DNA of 64,000 bases from Octopus sinensis (Eukaryota): the NCBI RefSeq assembly GCF_006345805.1, contig NC_043008.1:74214001-74278000 (forward strand), in the 5' to 3' direction. Below, in pieces: positions 1 to 12,377 of the stretch (the stretch's first letter is position 1; every line of letters starts with the position of its first letter). The translations under genes were made by a program, and so were the position numbers. Below the pieces are notes generated by a model that ran no database searches, was not told where the DNA came from, and saw nothing but the letters and a program-made list of their open reading frames with translations.

Positions 1-43
1 TATATTATTAACATATATATAAAAATAGAGTGTGTGTAAATAA

Positions 44-47
<4 letters not shown>

Positions 48-93
<46 letters not shown>

Positions 94-155
94 CTACATA
101 ATTGAATATATATATGTATGCATATATATATATGATTATATAAACGTATGTTTGC

Positions 156-222
<67 letters not shown>

Positions 223-225
223 TAT
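48..225. repeat. (TA)n microsatellite; representative of dozens of (TA)n, (CA)n, (TACA)n, (ATT)n, (GAA)n and (GAT)n tracts in the window
   Basis: Direct reading. These tracts generate most of the [12 protein letters not shown] ORFs in the ORF track. Confidence 0.97.
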
Positions 226-898
226 GCATGTGTTTATATAAATGCTTATATGTGTGTGTGTGACTGTGTGTATAAGATCATTTCTGTACCTGTGCACGTG
301 TTTGGGGGGCATGATGGTAATTTCGGATTAAATCTAAAAATCCTGAGCCGTAAATGGATAATATAAACTCTGTGCATTGACCTTCATAGTGCTTCTTTGT
401 TATGGTCAACAAAAAACATAACGAAAATGATACACCTACTATGCAAATGTATTCCTACTTAAAGACACGAACACCCACAGAAGCACACACATACACACCC
501 ACACTTCTCGCAGAGCCACAGCCACACAAACACACACACACACATACACACACATGCATTATACTCATCATTAATGGTTATTTTATACATATCTATTTGA
601 ATTTCACTTTCAAGTCAACAAAAACGTTGATTGTTATTGTTCTCATCAATGTAGTAGAGAGAGCAGAGACAATCACTATATTGTCATTGTATGGCGTTGA
701 TAAGTTTACAACATTTAGTTGTTGCTTTTTTATATTGTTGTTACTTCTTTTCTTCTATAGAATTATGGTTATTAATTCCCTTTGGAAGTGTTGACTGAGC
801 AGTTTAATGGCCAACTGTATATTTAATGACATTGCCTCTAAAACAGTAACGATAGGCCACTTACGAAAGATAGACAATATGGGTGTGTTTGTGTGTGT

Positions 899-937
<39 letters not shown>

Positions 938-1650
938 AGAGAGAAAGAGAGTGATTGCAAGAATATGCATATATTTACATATGTGTGTATGTATATATGC
1001 ATGCATTTATGTATGTGTGTATGCATATATGTATGCATATGATATAATATTAACTGGCTGACAAAGTATGTCGTGAGATCGGTTACAGAAGCAGAACCCA
1101 TCCAAGAGCTAGATAGATACTTCCATATGTTTTGATGAAATACTTCTTATTTATATTACTCTGTTCCCTTAATTAGGGTGTCACATTTCTAAGTGGGATA
1201 TCTATATAAACAATCATTGACTTAAATAATCATCAAGCATTTTCGTGTATTTCACTTCTGACTTAATCATTCCTATGTTATGTTAAAATGATATTTCGTC
1301 TGCAGCTCATCTATCAGTTTATTTTTGCTACATATTTCTCCCGATATCCATCTCTGTTTGTTGGGCATGTCAGTCAGGTTAAAACCAGCATTGTATTTAC
1401 GCGGTAATACCGTCTAATTTCGACTGCGTTTTTTTTTTTCGTCTTTGATGAAGCTGGTTAACGAAACATGCAGTGATTCCCGTATACAGAAACAGAACTT
1501 GCATCTACTAAATATGGAGTATTTTTTGATGTGTCAGTTTGATGTAATTTTTCTGTGTTGTTTAATTCTGTTCCATATTTATTATAGAAACAAATTCTAA
1601 ATCTTTTAACATTTAGTACACTACATTTTCTCTAGAATTGTTTCCCCTGC

Positions 1651-1930
1651 CATCTCCCTGTCATTATAAGGGATAAAACTCATATGGAGACATGATGCAC
1701 CAATGGTGTGCTATATGTTGAATCATTGGGAAATGTATTTAACGCGATGGTACGGTACAAGTCTAATGTGAGCCTTAATCGAATAGACATCATCTCCCTG
1801 TCATTATAGGGGATAAAACTCATATGGAGACATGATGCACCAACGGTGTGCTATAGGTTGAATCATTGGGAAATGTATTTAACGCGATGGTACGGTACAA
1901 GTCTAATGTGAGCCTTAATCGAATAGACAT
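1651..1930. repeat. Tandem duplication, 2 x 140 bp
   Basis: catctccctgtcattata...gaatagacat at 1651-1790 and 1791-1930; 3 substitutions between copies. Confidence 0.92.
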
Positions 1931-3604
1931 ATAATCAAATGTCTTCTTGCCACGATCCAATTGTCTTTCTCTTTACCCAAGCTCATAATTTTAAAGATAG
2001 TATTAAGTGTTTCGAGGGAGTTTTGCTTGCCAATTCTAGCATGTTTGGGGATCACATGAAAGTTCAATCCTCTGGTAGATTTAATCCCAGCTAAATTGGT
2101 TTTTTTTTTTACTTCTGCTGAAATTCACTTTCAATCATGGATAATTAAAAAAGCTTTCATGATTAAGCCCAAAGTGTTGCCTGCACTGTAGTATCCTATT
2201 GAACAGGGTTAAGATATGTGTCAGCAACATAATGCCTCTCAAATAGCTGAAGGTAATGCTGAAAAAATGATTAACTCATATATTTCTTCTACTCCGGGAG
2301 ATTAATTTAGAATATGTCTGGCTCTTATTAGAACTCATCAATGGAAGGAGGGACACATTGTATCTTACAAAAGGAATTCGAGTAAATAGCAGAGTATTAT
2401 CTATGGGTATAGAGTAAAAATCTTACGGAATCACTGGACAGTTAAAATGAACATTGATAATCAAAAAGTCAACACATTGTTCTCAGATCGACAAGTCGCT
2501 TCAAGACTTGTTTTTCAGTGTTGTGTCTTAGTTTGATAGTAATAATAAATCTAAATAACTGAACTCTGTAGTAAGTAGGTACCACAGACTGAAATATTTT
2601 GCAGGTGGAAGCAGTGAAGGAAATTACTCATAGTTTTCGTAGTTTGCCACTTTCTTCTGGTGGGTACAGACCATGATATAAATGTTCCTTTTCACGATCA
2701 CATTCAACATGCCACAGCAACTGCGCAATGAACTATTGTGTAGAACAGCAAACACTATCACAATGACAGCTACTAATACTACGATTATCATAGGCACCAC
2801 CACAGTAGCTACATAACAAATCCGAGTATCACTATTGTTAGGATAACCATTGCAATTATAACTCCGAGTAACGTTATTTTCGCAACCACTACAAGTATCA
2901 GTAAGACACACCACACACCCATCAACAACATTAAGCATCACGACATCTCTAGCTACATGCATCACTAAAATGGGTATCGGAATCAGCAGCTCCACCAATA
3001 CCACTATAACTAATAACGACAACGACAACCCAAGAAGTAACGCAACAAAACAATAAACTATAATAATCAAAATATGTGTCGAAGGCTGTTAGACTCCGAC
3101 ATTTAGTCAAATTAGTCAATGGAAATTAGTATCCACAATTACATAAACATGTATCATATACTGTACTTGGCGAACGTGGAGTATGTTGTTAGGAACTTAG
3201 CCTGCCATAGACTGGTTCGCATTTTTTCGGATAAACTGAAACTATGTAACGTTCAGTATTCAAGCGGTTCTGCATTTCCTTCATTTTGCCTTCTCGAAAT
3301 ATTGTTTCTCTTTTTGTTTTTTTTTAATTTTTTTCTTGCTTTGTTACTTTTGTTATCATCTTCAAAAGTATTACATATTAAAAGAAAATGCTAAGCGCAA
3401 AATTAAGATATTTACATCTGTGAATTACCTCAAACCTGAGATTGAAACAACCTCGAAATCATTTCTTGATGCAAGCTTACCCATTGATCTACAGTCTACA
3501 TCGCTATTAGCAACAATAACTATTTAAAAAATAATTAAAATATTGTTTATGAGAATGAAAACATTTTATCGAAGCAATAATAATAATAATATTTATTATT
3601 ATTA

Positions 3605-3648
<44 letters not shown>

Positions 3649-3675
3649 TTATTATTATTATTATTATTATTATTG

Positions 3676-4211
3676 AGTGAGAGAGCAGTTCATGCCATCA
3701 AAGTGTCACTGGGGTAAAATATACGAAGCCCAATATACCCATCATGACTACCCGTCTGATAAGGGTATACCAGGCACATGCATCACAACCATATGTGCGC
3801 GAGATGGTGATCTCATATCAAGATAAACAGCACATGACCTTGCAGGTGGGGCCCAGTTAGAATTTTCTTCAGGTTGAGTAGCCCATCCCGCTCAAAAGGT
3901 TCCTGAATAAGGGTTGTTTAAGGATGTTGAAAGAACCACTCATGTTTCCAGAGGTGAATTATTCAAACCCCAAAGAATCCCTCTCAACACATGGCTATGA
4001 TGCTCCCCCACTACTTCTGCTCGTGATCAGAGATGCACATATCGTCAGCCACTAAGGGACATGCTCAACTGGTTAAGGTCAAACAACTGACAAGCAAATC
4101 TGTGGTATTGAGCAGAATATTTGCTGTAGCCCATCTTTTATACCAAGACAAAACAATGTACATGATAACACTTCCAATTAGTTAAGATCAGAAGCCATGA
4201 GAGCCACTGCC

Positions 4212-4212
<1 letters not shown>
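3676..4212. mobile_element. Interspersed repeat embedded between (ATT)n tracts, family unassigned
   Basis: Complex ~540-bp sequence with sharp (ATT)n borders on both sides. Resembles an abundant octopus repeat from memory and adjoins an R4/Dong-like remnant. Confidence 0.4.
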
Positions 4213-4249
<37 letters not shown>

Positions 4250-4345
4250 GTTGTTGTTGTTGTTGTTGTTGTGTTGTTGTTGTTGTTGTTGTTGTTGTTA
4301 TTATTATTATTAATGTTATTGTTATTGTTGTTGTTGTTATTATTA

Positions 4346-4387
<42 letters not shown>

Positions 4388-4418
4388 CATCCTTATTATT
4401 ATTATTGTTGTTGTTGTT

Positions 4419-5350
4419 ATATGAAAAGAGGGAAGAAAGTAACCTGCAGAGGATTGCGGTTACCCTCAGGAGAGACCATGGGTGAACCTGACGATAGTGG
4501 GTATAGATATTAAGGGGTTTTGGAGCTGGATGACGTTCAATCTTGCACAAACAGAACCATCTTCTATTGTTTCCGTGAATGTTTTAATGACGAGCCAAAA
4601 CTCATGCCAGATCGGTTATCGCCCGGAATAAGGACCGCGTTACACAGTGGGGAACCAGACTGGGATCGAAAAGTCTGCTGCTGGAACAAATTCTCGAACT
4701 ACCAGGTAACCAGAACCAAGACCCTAAACCTAGACCTGTAGTGACACCACCTAAAGAAAAGAATAGTGGACTAGTGAGGATTACAGAGAAAAGAATAGTG
4801 AAGAACAGATATGTGAAGAAAGAGAATAGATATGATACAGAATTTGAGATGAATAGTAAAGAGATCATCCTGAACCAGTCGTTGAAAGTAGAAAGTCACT
4901 CCCCTCTAGGATTTTCTAGTCAATAGTGACAGAACAATCCAGGCTAATCCCACTGATAAAAATATATGTTAAGGAATTAACAAATTAAGTAAATATAAGG
5001 ACCTGGAAATTGAAATACAAAAGATGTGGAATCTTAAAGAGAGAACTGTTCCTGTTATTATGGGTGTCCTTGGTATGATAAGAAGGGATGCCAGAAACAT
5101 CTAGATAATATCCCAGGAGAGCTGTGTCTCAGAGAAATTCAAAAGATTGTGCTGACAAGTATTGCCCACATGCCTAGTAAAACCTTTACAGTTTAAATGT
5201 CTGTGTTGTACTACACGAAGATATTTCGCTACTGCACCTGCCACTCCCCCTCCCAAAGCTTTCAGTCATACTGTAATATCTCTTATACTTCACTCTCCTT
5301 AAGACGTTGGGTGTGTCTCGGCAAGTGACTGTAACAAACATGCAGATTAA
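4419..5350 (+). mobile_element. Decayed, internally deleted R4/Dong-like (RLE-type) non-LTR retrotransposon fragment
   Basis: 4420-4545 reads MKRGKKVTCRGLRLPSGETMGEPDDSGYRY*GVLELDD (RT end, YKYLGILE-like). About 4910-5195 reads DFLVNSDRTIQAN..NKLSKYKDLEIEIQKMWNLKERTVPVIMGVLG..REIQKIVL (restriction-like endonuclease C-terminus). Ends at (GAA)n. Confidence 0.75.
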
Positions 5351-5395
5351 ATTAAAGAAGAAGAAGAAGAAGAAGAAGAAGAAGAAGAAGAAGAA

Positions 5396-5427
<32 letters not shown>

Positions 5428-6409
5428 AGAGGGGGAGAAGGTGAAATCAGTAAACAAAAATTATTATAATATGGATTTACAATGGCTACATTTTACCTAA
5501 AGCGGATTAAAGAAAATAGCAAAATAGACAGAAAAAGATATTGATAAACGAAGACCAAATGTCTAGTAGAATTTAGTTTTATATATCAATTTTCGAGAAG
5601 AATAAAATTTAAATTTTTTTTTCATGTAATAAAAGTAAACAAAAGAATAGTTAGTATTGTTTTGTGGTTAAAAGATATCCTGTTTGGATATACTCATAAA
5701 CTATCTTGACAGATAAACGAGTCGTAGTTTACTTTTGCCATATATTTTAGTCTTCCGAAGAAGTAGACGTAATCAAAATATTGTATGAATATTTCATTAT
5801 ATTAAAACATTTTTTCCTCATTATTCTTTTCTTGAGATCAATTTCTAGCTTCACTTTCCTCTTCATTCTATAAAATAGTCGTGCAACATTTTAAGATGAT
5901 TTCTCCGTCGCTAGCACTGAGAGAGAAGCGAAATGTTTTATACAGTTTATAATCATTCTAAAACTCTCAGATACTAAAATAAAACTGAATTTAAACGACA
6001 CATTATACGAAAGTAGCCACAGCAAAGATTCGTTTTTAATTAAAGCTGTCAAATTATTGAATTTTTATAATAAAGATATGAATTGAAAGAATGTTTTCTT
6101 TCAAATTTTACAATGGCTTCTCTTTCTTTATGCAAGGCTGTTCTCAAATATTGTGATTATCAGGTAATCAGAGATCAAACCACCAGGAAATTTCGCTTTA
6201 TATCGCATTGATTTGTTGAAGCAGAACTGAAGATTGATTTCATATCGGGATCAAGTGAATACAATTTTGTTTTTCAAGGTGCACTATCTGCAAGATTCGT
6301 TAACAGCAAAACAGGAACACTATCAGTACTTCAAAGAAGTTAAAAATTCTCAAGTGTACAGTATTGCTTCATATTAGTGAATCGGCGAAATGCGATGTCC
6401 TAACTTAGA

Positions 6410-6850
6410 CGACGAGCTGGCAGAATCGTTTGCGACATTTCTTCCGGGTTTACCATCTGCCGAATTTTACTTTGCATTTCATCATTTCGGTATCAATAAA
6501 AGAAGTTGCAGTTAAGCACTGGGGTCGATTTAATCGATTCATCGTCCCCAAATTTCAAATCTTGTGCCTATAGAGAAAAAATATTAAAGATAACAAGTTG
6601 ACATAATCGTAAACAGCGCGGAAAGATGCTTAGCGGCATTTCTTCTGGCCTTATGTTCTGAGTTCAGATGTCACTGAGGTCAATTTTGGTTTATGTTCTT
6701 TCGGGATCGATAAAATAAACATTGATCACTGAAGTCGATGTAATAGACTAGCAACTCCTCTCAAAATGTCTAGCTCTCTGCCTAAAGTAGAAAATATTAT
6801 AAAACGGGCCACAGATTGGCAGAATTATTAGAGTCGGGCAAAGTGCCTTG
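6410..6850 (+). mobile_element. Cluster of decayed tRNA-derived SINE family B copies
   Basis: gagctggcagaatcgtt..., ctgagttcag...ctttcgggatcgataaaataa; homologous to 33541-33955. Confidence 0.6.
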
Positions 6851-6866
6851 TGATATTTGTTTCACT

Positions 6867-7278
6867 TACTCTCTTACTCTTTTACTTGTTTCAGTCATTT
6901 GACTGCGACCATGCTGCAGCACCGCCTTTTGTCGAGCAAATCGACCCCAAGACTTACTCTTTGTAAGCCTAGTACTTATTCTATCGGTCACTTTTGCCGA
7001 ACCACTAAATTACGGGGACGTAAACACACCAACATCGGTTGTCAAGTGATGTTGGGGGGACAAACAGAAACACATAAACATATACACACACATACACATA
7101 TATATATATATATATATACGACGAGCTTCTTTCAGTTTCCGTCTACCAAATCCACTCACAAGGCTTTAGTCGGCCCGAGGCTATAGTAGAAGACACTTGC
7201 CGACGTTGCCACGCAGTGAGAACGAACCCGGAACCATGTGGTTGGTAAGCAAGCTACTTACCACACATCCACTCCTGC
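6867..7278 (-). mobile_element. tRNA-derived SINE family A, full length
   Basis: Reverse complement of 45772-46179: A/B-box head, internal (TA/TG) tract, LINE-like tail ending gactgaaacaagtaaaagag. Confidence 0.85.
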
Positions 7279-8003
7279 GTCGTTTATATTCTGAGTTCAA
7301 ATCCCACCGTTATTAACGTTGTCTTTCATCCTTTCGGGATCGTTAAAATGAAATGCTAATCAGATTATGGAGTCGATATAGTCGACTAGACTTCTTCCTC
7401 TAAATTTCTGATTTTGTACCTCAATAATAAAAGGCAAATATCAAGTCAATCGATAGGCATATATAGTTATACATGAGTATGGCAGTTCGTTGGACAATAA
7501 TTATTTGTATAGTAGCTGTGGTCTCTTGAAGCTCGACTGTTCTCGCACATTGCACTCTTTCCAGAAGGAATGAATTGATTTGGGGAGAAAACGTGGAAAC
7601 CCATCGTATTCGAAGATGTGTATAATCTCCGATTTAGCACCTACCCCTCTCGTACATTCCTGGTATGGATGACTGCTTATTGTTTCCTTCTTCGTTGAAC
7701 TTGTCGCTTCAGATGAACCACTCCAACTAAACAGTGTCAACAAATTCAAATTAATTAATTAATTTTACCCTCAATTGTTGATATTATAATTCATTTCTCT
7801 CGGTCATACTGCCTCGGTTCTCGCGGTTAAAATATAATGTTTGCTAGATAGACCACGTGGGTGGAATGGGGAGTGCAGAATTTTACGCCTGCGCATTTTG
7901 AATTTGTTGACACTGTTTAGTTTGAGTGGTTCATCTGAAGCGACAAGTTCGCTGATAGGTAAAGTTCCTTCTTTTTAGTGTTTCCAAATCCAAATTAAGA
8001 AAT

Positions 8004-8066
8004 TTTGAGCTGACGAAAGAAATGCTGATTTTATTTGGCTAATCTTGAAACGTTGACGTACTCAAA
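8004..8066 (+). ncRNA. Type I hammerhead ribozyme
   Basis: UUUGAG-CUGACGA-AAGA[22 nt]UCUU-GAAA-C-GUUGAC-GUA^CUCAAA: 6-bp stem I, 4-bp stem II, intact core. Confidence 0.88.
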
Positions 8067-8566
8067 CGATCTATGTACTTGTGATATTTTTCTGTATTTA
8101 CCCCCAAACCTTCGTGAGCTGTCTAGAGTAAACATTATCTGAGAGAAATTTTCTTTAAGTAGTAGAAATGCTAAGAAAACTTTTTTTGGCTGCTATTTCT
8201 ACTAAGTTCAGTATGTGGCAAAGTAATTTATTTTATTAAGCCCTAATTATATAATGTAATATTTTGAATTCGCCTTAAATGGTCCTTTTACATACTGAGC
8301 ACTTGGTGAAATTGATTAATTAATTATTTTACCCTCAATTGTTGATATATAATTCATTTCTCTCGGTCATACTGCCTCGGTTCTCGCGGTTAAAATATAA
8401 TGTTTGCTAGATAGACCACGTGGGTGGAATGGGGAGTGCAGAATTTTACGCCTGCGCATTTTGAATTTGTTGACACTATTTAGTTTGAGTGGTTCATCTG
8501 AAGCGACAAGTTCGCTGATAGGTAAAGTTCCTTCTTTTTAGTGTTTCCAAATCCAAATTAAGAAAT

Positions 8567-8629
8567 TTTGAGCTGACGAAAGAAATGCTGATTTTATTTG
8601 GCTAATCTTGAAACGTTGACGTACTCAAA
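8567..8629 (+). ncRNA. Type I hammerhead ribozyme (second unit)
   Basis: Identical to 8004-8066. Confidence 0.88.
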
Positions 8630-8996
8630 CGATCTATGTACTTGTGATATTTTTCTGTATTTACCCCCAAACCTTCGTGAGCTGTCTAGAGTAAACATTA
8701 TCTGAGAGAAATTTTCTTTAAGTAGTAGAAATGCTAAGAAAATTTTTTTGGCTGCTATTTCTACTAAGTTCAGTATGTGGCAAAGTAATTTATTTTACTA
8801 AGCCCTAATTATATAATGTAATATTTTGAATTCGCCTTAAATGGTCCTTTTACATACTGAACACTTGGTGAAATTGATTAATTAATTAATTTTACCCTCA
8901 ATTGTTGATATATATATATATATATATAAATAGAAGGAAAAGAAAATTAAGATTGGGAAGTTAATCATTGTTTATTATTAACAGCATATTAATCAT

Positions 8997-9075
8997 CTTC
9001 ACTTACAGCTGTTTCAATTAATATTAAGTGAATATTAAATTTATTTGACCGGAGCATAATATCTTCAGAGGGAAA
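8997..9075 (-). ncRNA. Type I hammerhead ribozyme with U-U at first stem II position, in a separate pLTR-like repeat (~8930-9320)
   Basis: UUUCCCU-CUGAAGA-U-AUUA[..]UAAU-U-GAAA-C-AGCU-GUA^AGUGAAG; stem I 6/7 pairs; palindromic loop III AGCU. Confidence 0.7.
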
Positions 9076-9721
9076 AAAATATACCCTTGGATGATTTATA
9101 TGTGTTTATGGATTCATTATAGCAGACTGTTGATGATTTGAATTGTTATAAGTTCGGGCGAGGGGGCTTGCAGGTGTATTGGAGATAAGACAGAGTAGGT
9201 AAATAGAATTAAAACAATAAATGACTAAATTAAATAAAGATGATAGAGGAAATATAAATATAAATCAGGTAAGATTATAGTTAATAAAGAATGAAATACT
9301 CGTTTATAAGGTATAAATAATGTTAAGAAAATTTGGATGTATGCAAGCACTCACAAGTACATATACACAGAGATACGCCTATATACTCACACATATACAT
9401 ATATCCACACATATAAACATATCCTTGCATATACGTATATAGGCATATACATGTACATATACATATACACATACATGTACATTCCCGAACACATTGATAG
9501 GTATCATACATGTATGTATATATATGCGTTGATAATTTTTACCCATCACCATTAAGATGAAGTTAATATAAATCTATGTTAGTCAATTAATTTCGATAGA
9601 TTAATGAAATTCTGTTTTTTTTTTTTTCGGCACTATAGAGTTTCAAGGGAACATTTGGTGTCTGAATGTGTGCATGAAAATAACATTTGCTTACGCATAT
9701 GTACAAGCGTACGTAAATTTA

Positions 9722-9760
<39 letters not shown>

Positions 9761-9775
9761 GTGTGTGTAACATAA

Positions 9776-9806
<31 letters not shown>

Positions 9807-9985
9807 TAGATATATATATATATAGATATACATATATTTATACGAACACACACGCCTACACACGCACAAGTACACATATACTGATTCTTTATTCACAAGT
9901 ACACATATACAGACGCATACCTACCCCTGCACAGACACAAATATATGTATATTTATATGTGTGTGTGTATAAATATACATTTATA

Positions 9986-10027
<42 letters not shown>

Positions 10028-10243
10028 ATATATTTGTATGTATATATATACATACATATAAGTATGTAGGAATATACATACATTATTTATATATATACAG
10101 ATAGATAGATAACAGATAGACAGATAGGCAGGCAGACACATACATACACACATACATACATACATACATACACACATACATACACACATACATACATACA
10201 TACATACATATACACATACATACATACATACATACATACATAC

Positions 10244-10274
<31 letters not shown>

Positions 10275-10321
10275 CACATACATACATACATACATACATA
10301 CATACATACATACATACATAC

Positions 10322-11030
10322 AACTGTTTGCAATCCAGGAACAGGCAATATCAAACAAGCACCTGATACACAAAAGGGATACAGATGCAGGAAAAGCAGT
10401 AATATGTGACAATCGATGCAGACTTTGTGGAATTAACACCGAAGATATCACCCACATCATAAGCAGATGTCCAAAAATGTCATCATGGTATTATGTACCG
10501 ATGAGATATGATGTTGTAGCTAGGACACTCTATAATGAAATCCGTCGGGAGAATAGCCCCGAGGAAAAAGAAATAAGAACCCATAGTAGAAGCCATAGCC
10601 ACTCATAATAAGAGCGAGTACTGGTGGAATGATTTAGTGAATACCTCAATAAAATTTAAGTGCAGCAAATTTTATATAAGGATTGAGAATAGAAACTCTG
10701 CACAGATGTTGAAATTAGCTGCCCAGGGGATGTTAACATAAATCTTAAAATCAGTTAAAAAAGATCACCTATACTGAACTATTGAGAAATCTGCAGTTAC
10801 TCTATCAAGTTTACAAGTTCAGATTATATCTGTGATTATTGGAGCCCTGGGATATGTAACACACTGCCTAAATACCAATCATGAGAATTTAGGCTTCTCA
10901 AAACCAGAAGAGAGCAAGCTAATTCGAAGACTACAGATCCAATCCATCACTGGAACAGTAAAAAAATGTAAAACTTGCCAGAAGTTTCAATATATATTTA
11001 AATATATATTTGCATGTCTAGATATTTAAC
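10322..11030 (+). mobile_element. R4/Dong- or NeSL-like LINE 3' fragment (CCHC knuckle + RLE remnant)
   Basis: QLFAIQEQAI..CRLCGINTEDITHIISRC (C-x2-C-x7-H-x4-C); later SVIIGALGYV..LQIQSITGTVKKCKT; stops present; starts right after (TACA)n. Confidence 0.75.
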
Positions 11031-11837
11031 TATATGCATGACAATACATACATAAAACAAACCACACAAATCTGCACATTTAGATACATACTTACATACA
11101 AACAAACAAAAGTACCCTGCGGTTGATGTTGAAATTCCAATGAAGGAGCCTTGAAATTAGGTTAGAAACCGGCTCTTTCTCTATTGGCAAGAAATTTTGA
11201 ATGAAAACTGAACAATGGCACACATACATACATACGTACATACATACATAAATACATACATGCATACATACATACATACATACATACATACATACATACA
11301 TACATACATACATACGTACATATATACATACATACTTGCGTAATAGAGATGCAGTTCATGGTAAGTCCATACTTCGGCTAGGGCAAAGATTTTACGGAGA
11401 AAACGTGACCATATTGAAATAACTTCATAGATTTAATTACAAATGATTGTGATTCTTCTATTGGGTTCTTTCTCTATAATGGACAATTTACTTAATCAGC
11501 TCGGAAAAGAGCCTTTCTCTTTCTGCATATATATATATATGGGTGTGTGCGTGTGTTGTGTGTATGTGTGTGTGCGCGCATAAGCACGTGTGTGTGTGTG
11601 CGTGCACGTGTGTGTGTGTCTTTGTCCTACACCGCTTGGCAACTGAATTTGGTATGTTTATGTTCCTGTAACTGAGTGATTCGAGAAATAGAACGGAAAG
11701 ATTAGGTTATAACGTTAAAATAAGTACGAGGATCGACTTGGTTGGCTAAACACTTCAAAGCGGTACCGCGAAACTTGACAATTGAAACAGATAAAAGCAT
11801 TGATATATATATATACTCTTTTTCTCTTTTTTTTTTT

Positions 11838-12238
11838 TACTCTTTTTACTTGTTTCAGTCATTTGACTGCGGCCATGCTGGAGCACCGCCTTTAGTCGAG
11901 CAAATCGACCCCGGGACTTATTCTTTGTAAGCCCAGTACTTATTCTATCGGTCTCTTTTGCCGAACCGCTAAGTGACGGGGACGTAAACACACCAGCATC
12001 AGTTGTCAAGCAATGCTAGGGGAACAAACACAGACACACAAACATATTCACACACACTTATATATATATATACATATATACGACAGGCTTCTTTCAGTTT
12101 CCGTCTACCAAATCCACTCACAAGGCATTGGTCGGCCCGGGGCTATAGCAGAAGACACTTGCACAAAATGCCACGCAGTGGGACTGAACCCGGAACCATG
12201 TGGTTGGTTAGCAAGCTACTTACCAAACAGCCACTCCT
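11838..12238 (-). mobile_element. tRNA-derived SINE family A, full length
   Basis: High identity to the reverse complement of 45772-46179. Confidence 0.9.
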
Positions 12239-12242
12239 TTCG

Positions 12243-12321
<79 letters not shown>

Positions 12322-12326
12322 CATAC

Positions 12327-12376
<50 letters not shown>

Positions 12377-12377
<1 letters not shown>

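Larger units (their letters stand above)
7750..8910 (+). mobile_element. Tandem dimer of ~563-bp HHR-bearing unit (retrozyme or Penelope pLTR-like)
   Basis: ttttaccctcaattgttg recurs at 7763, 8327 and 8890 (period 563-564); near-identical copies; ends in (TA)n; one HHR per unit. Confidence 0.88.

Noticed and set aside
1443-1482. Hammerhead-like TTGATGA..GAAACATGC
   Set aside because: Core altered; stems I and II do not pair.
2603-3070. Possible terminal exon (ttgcag|VEAVKEITHSFRSLPLSSGGYRP*) and 148-aa hydrophobic minus-strand ORF
   Set aside because: The peptide is too short to recognise; the minus ORF derives from degenerate ACN/CAN trinucleotide repeats.
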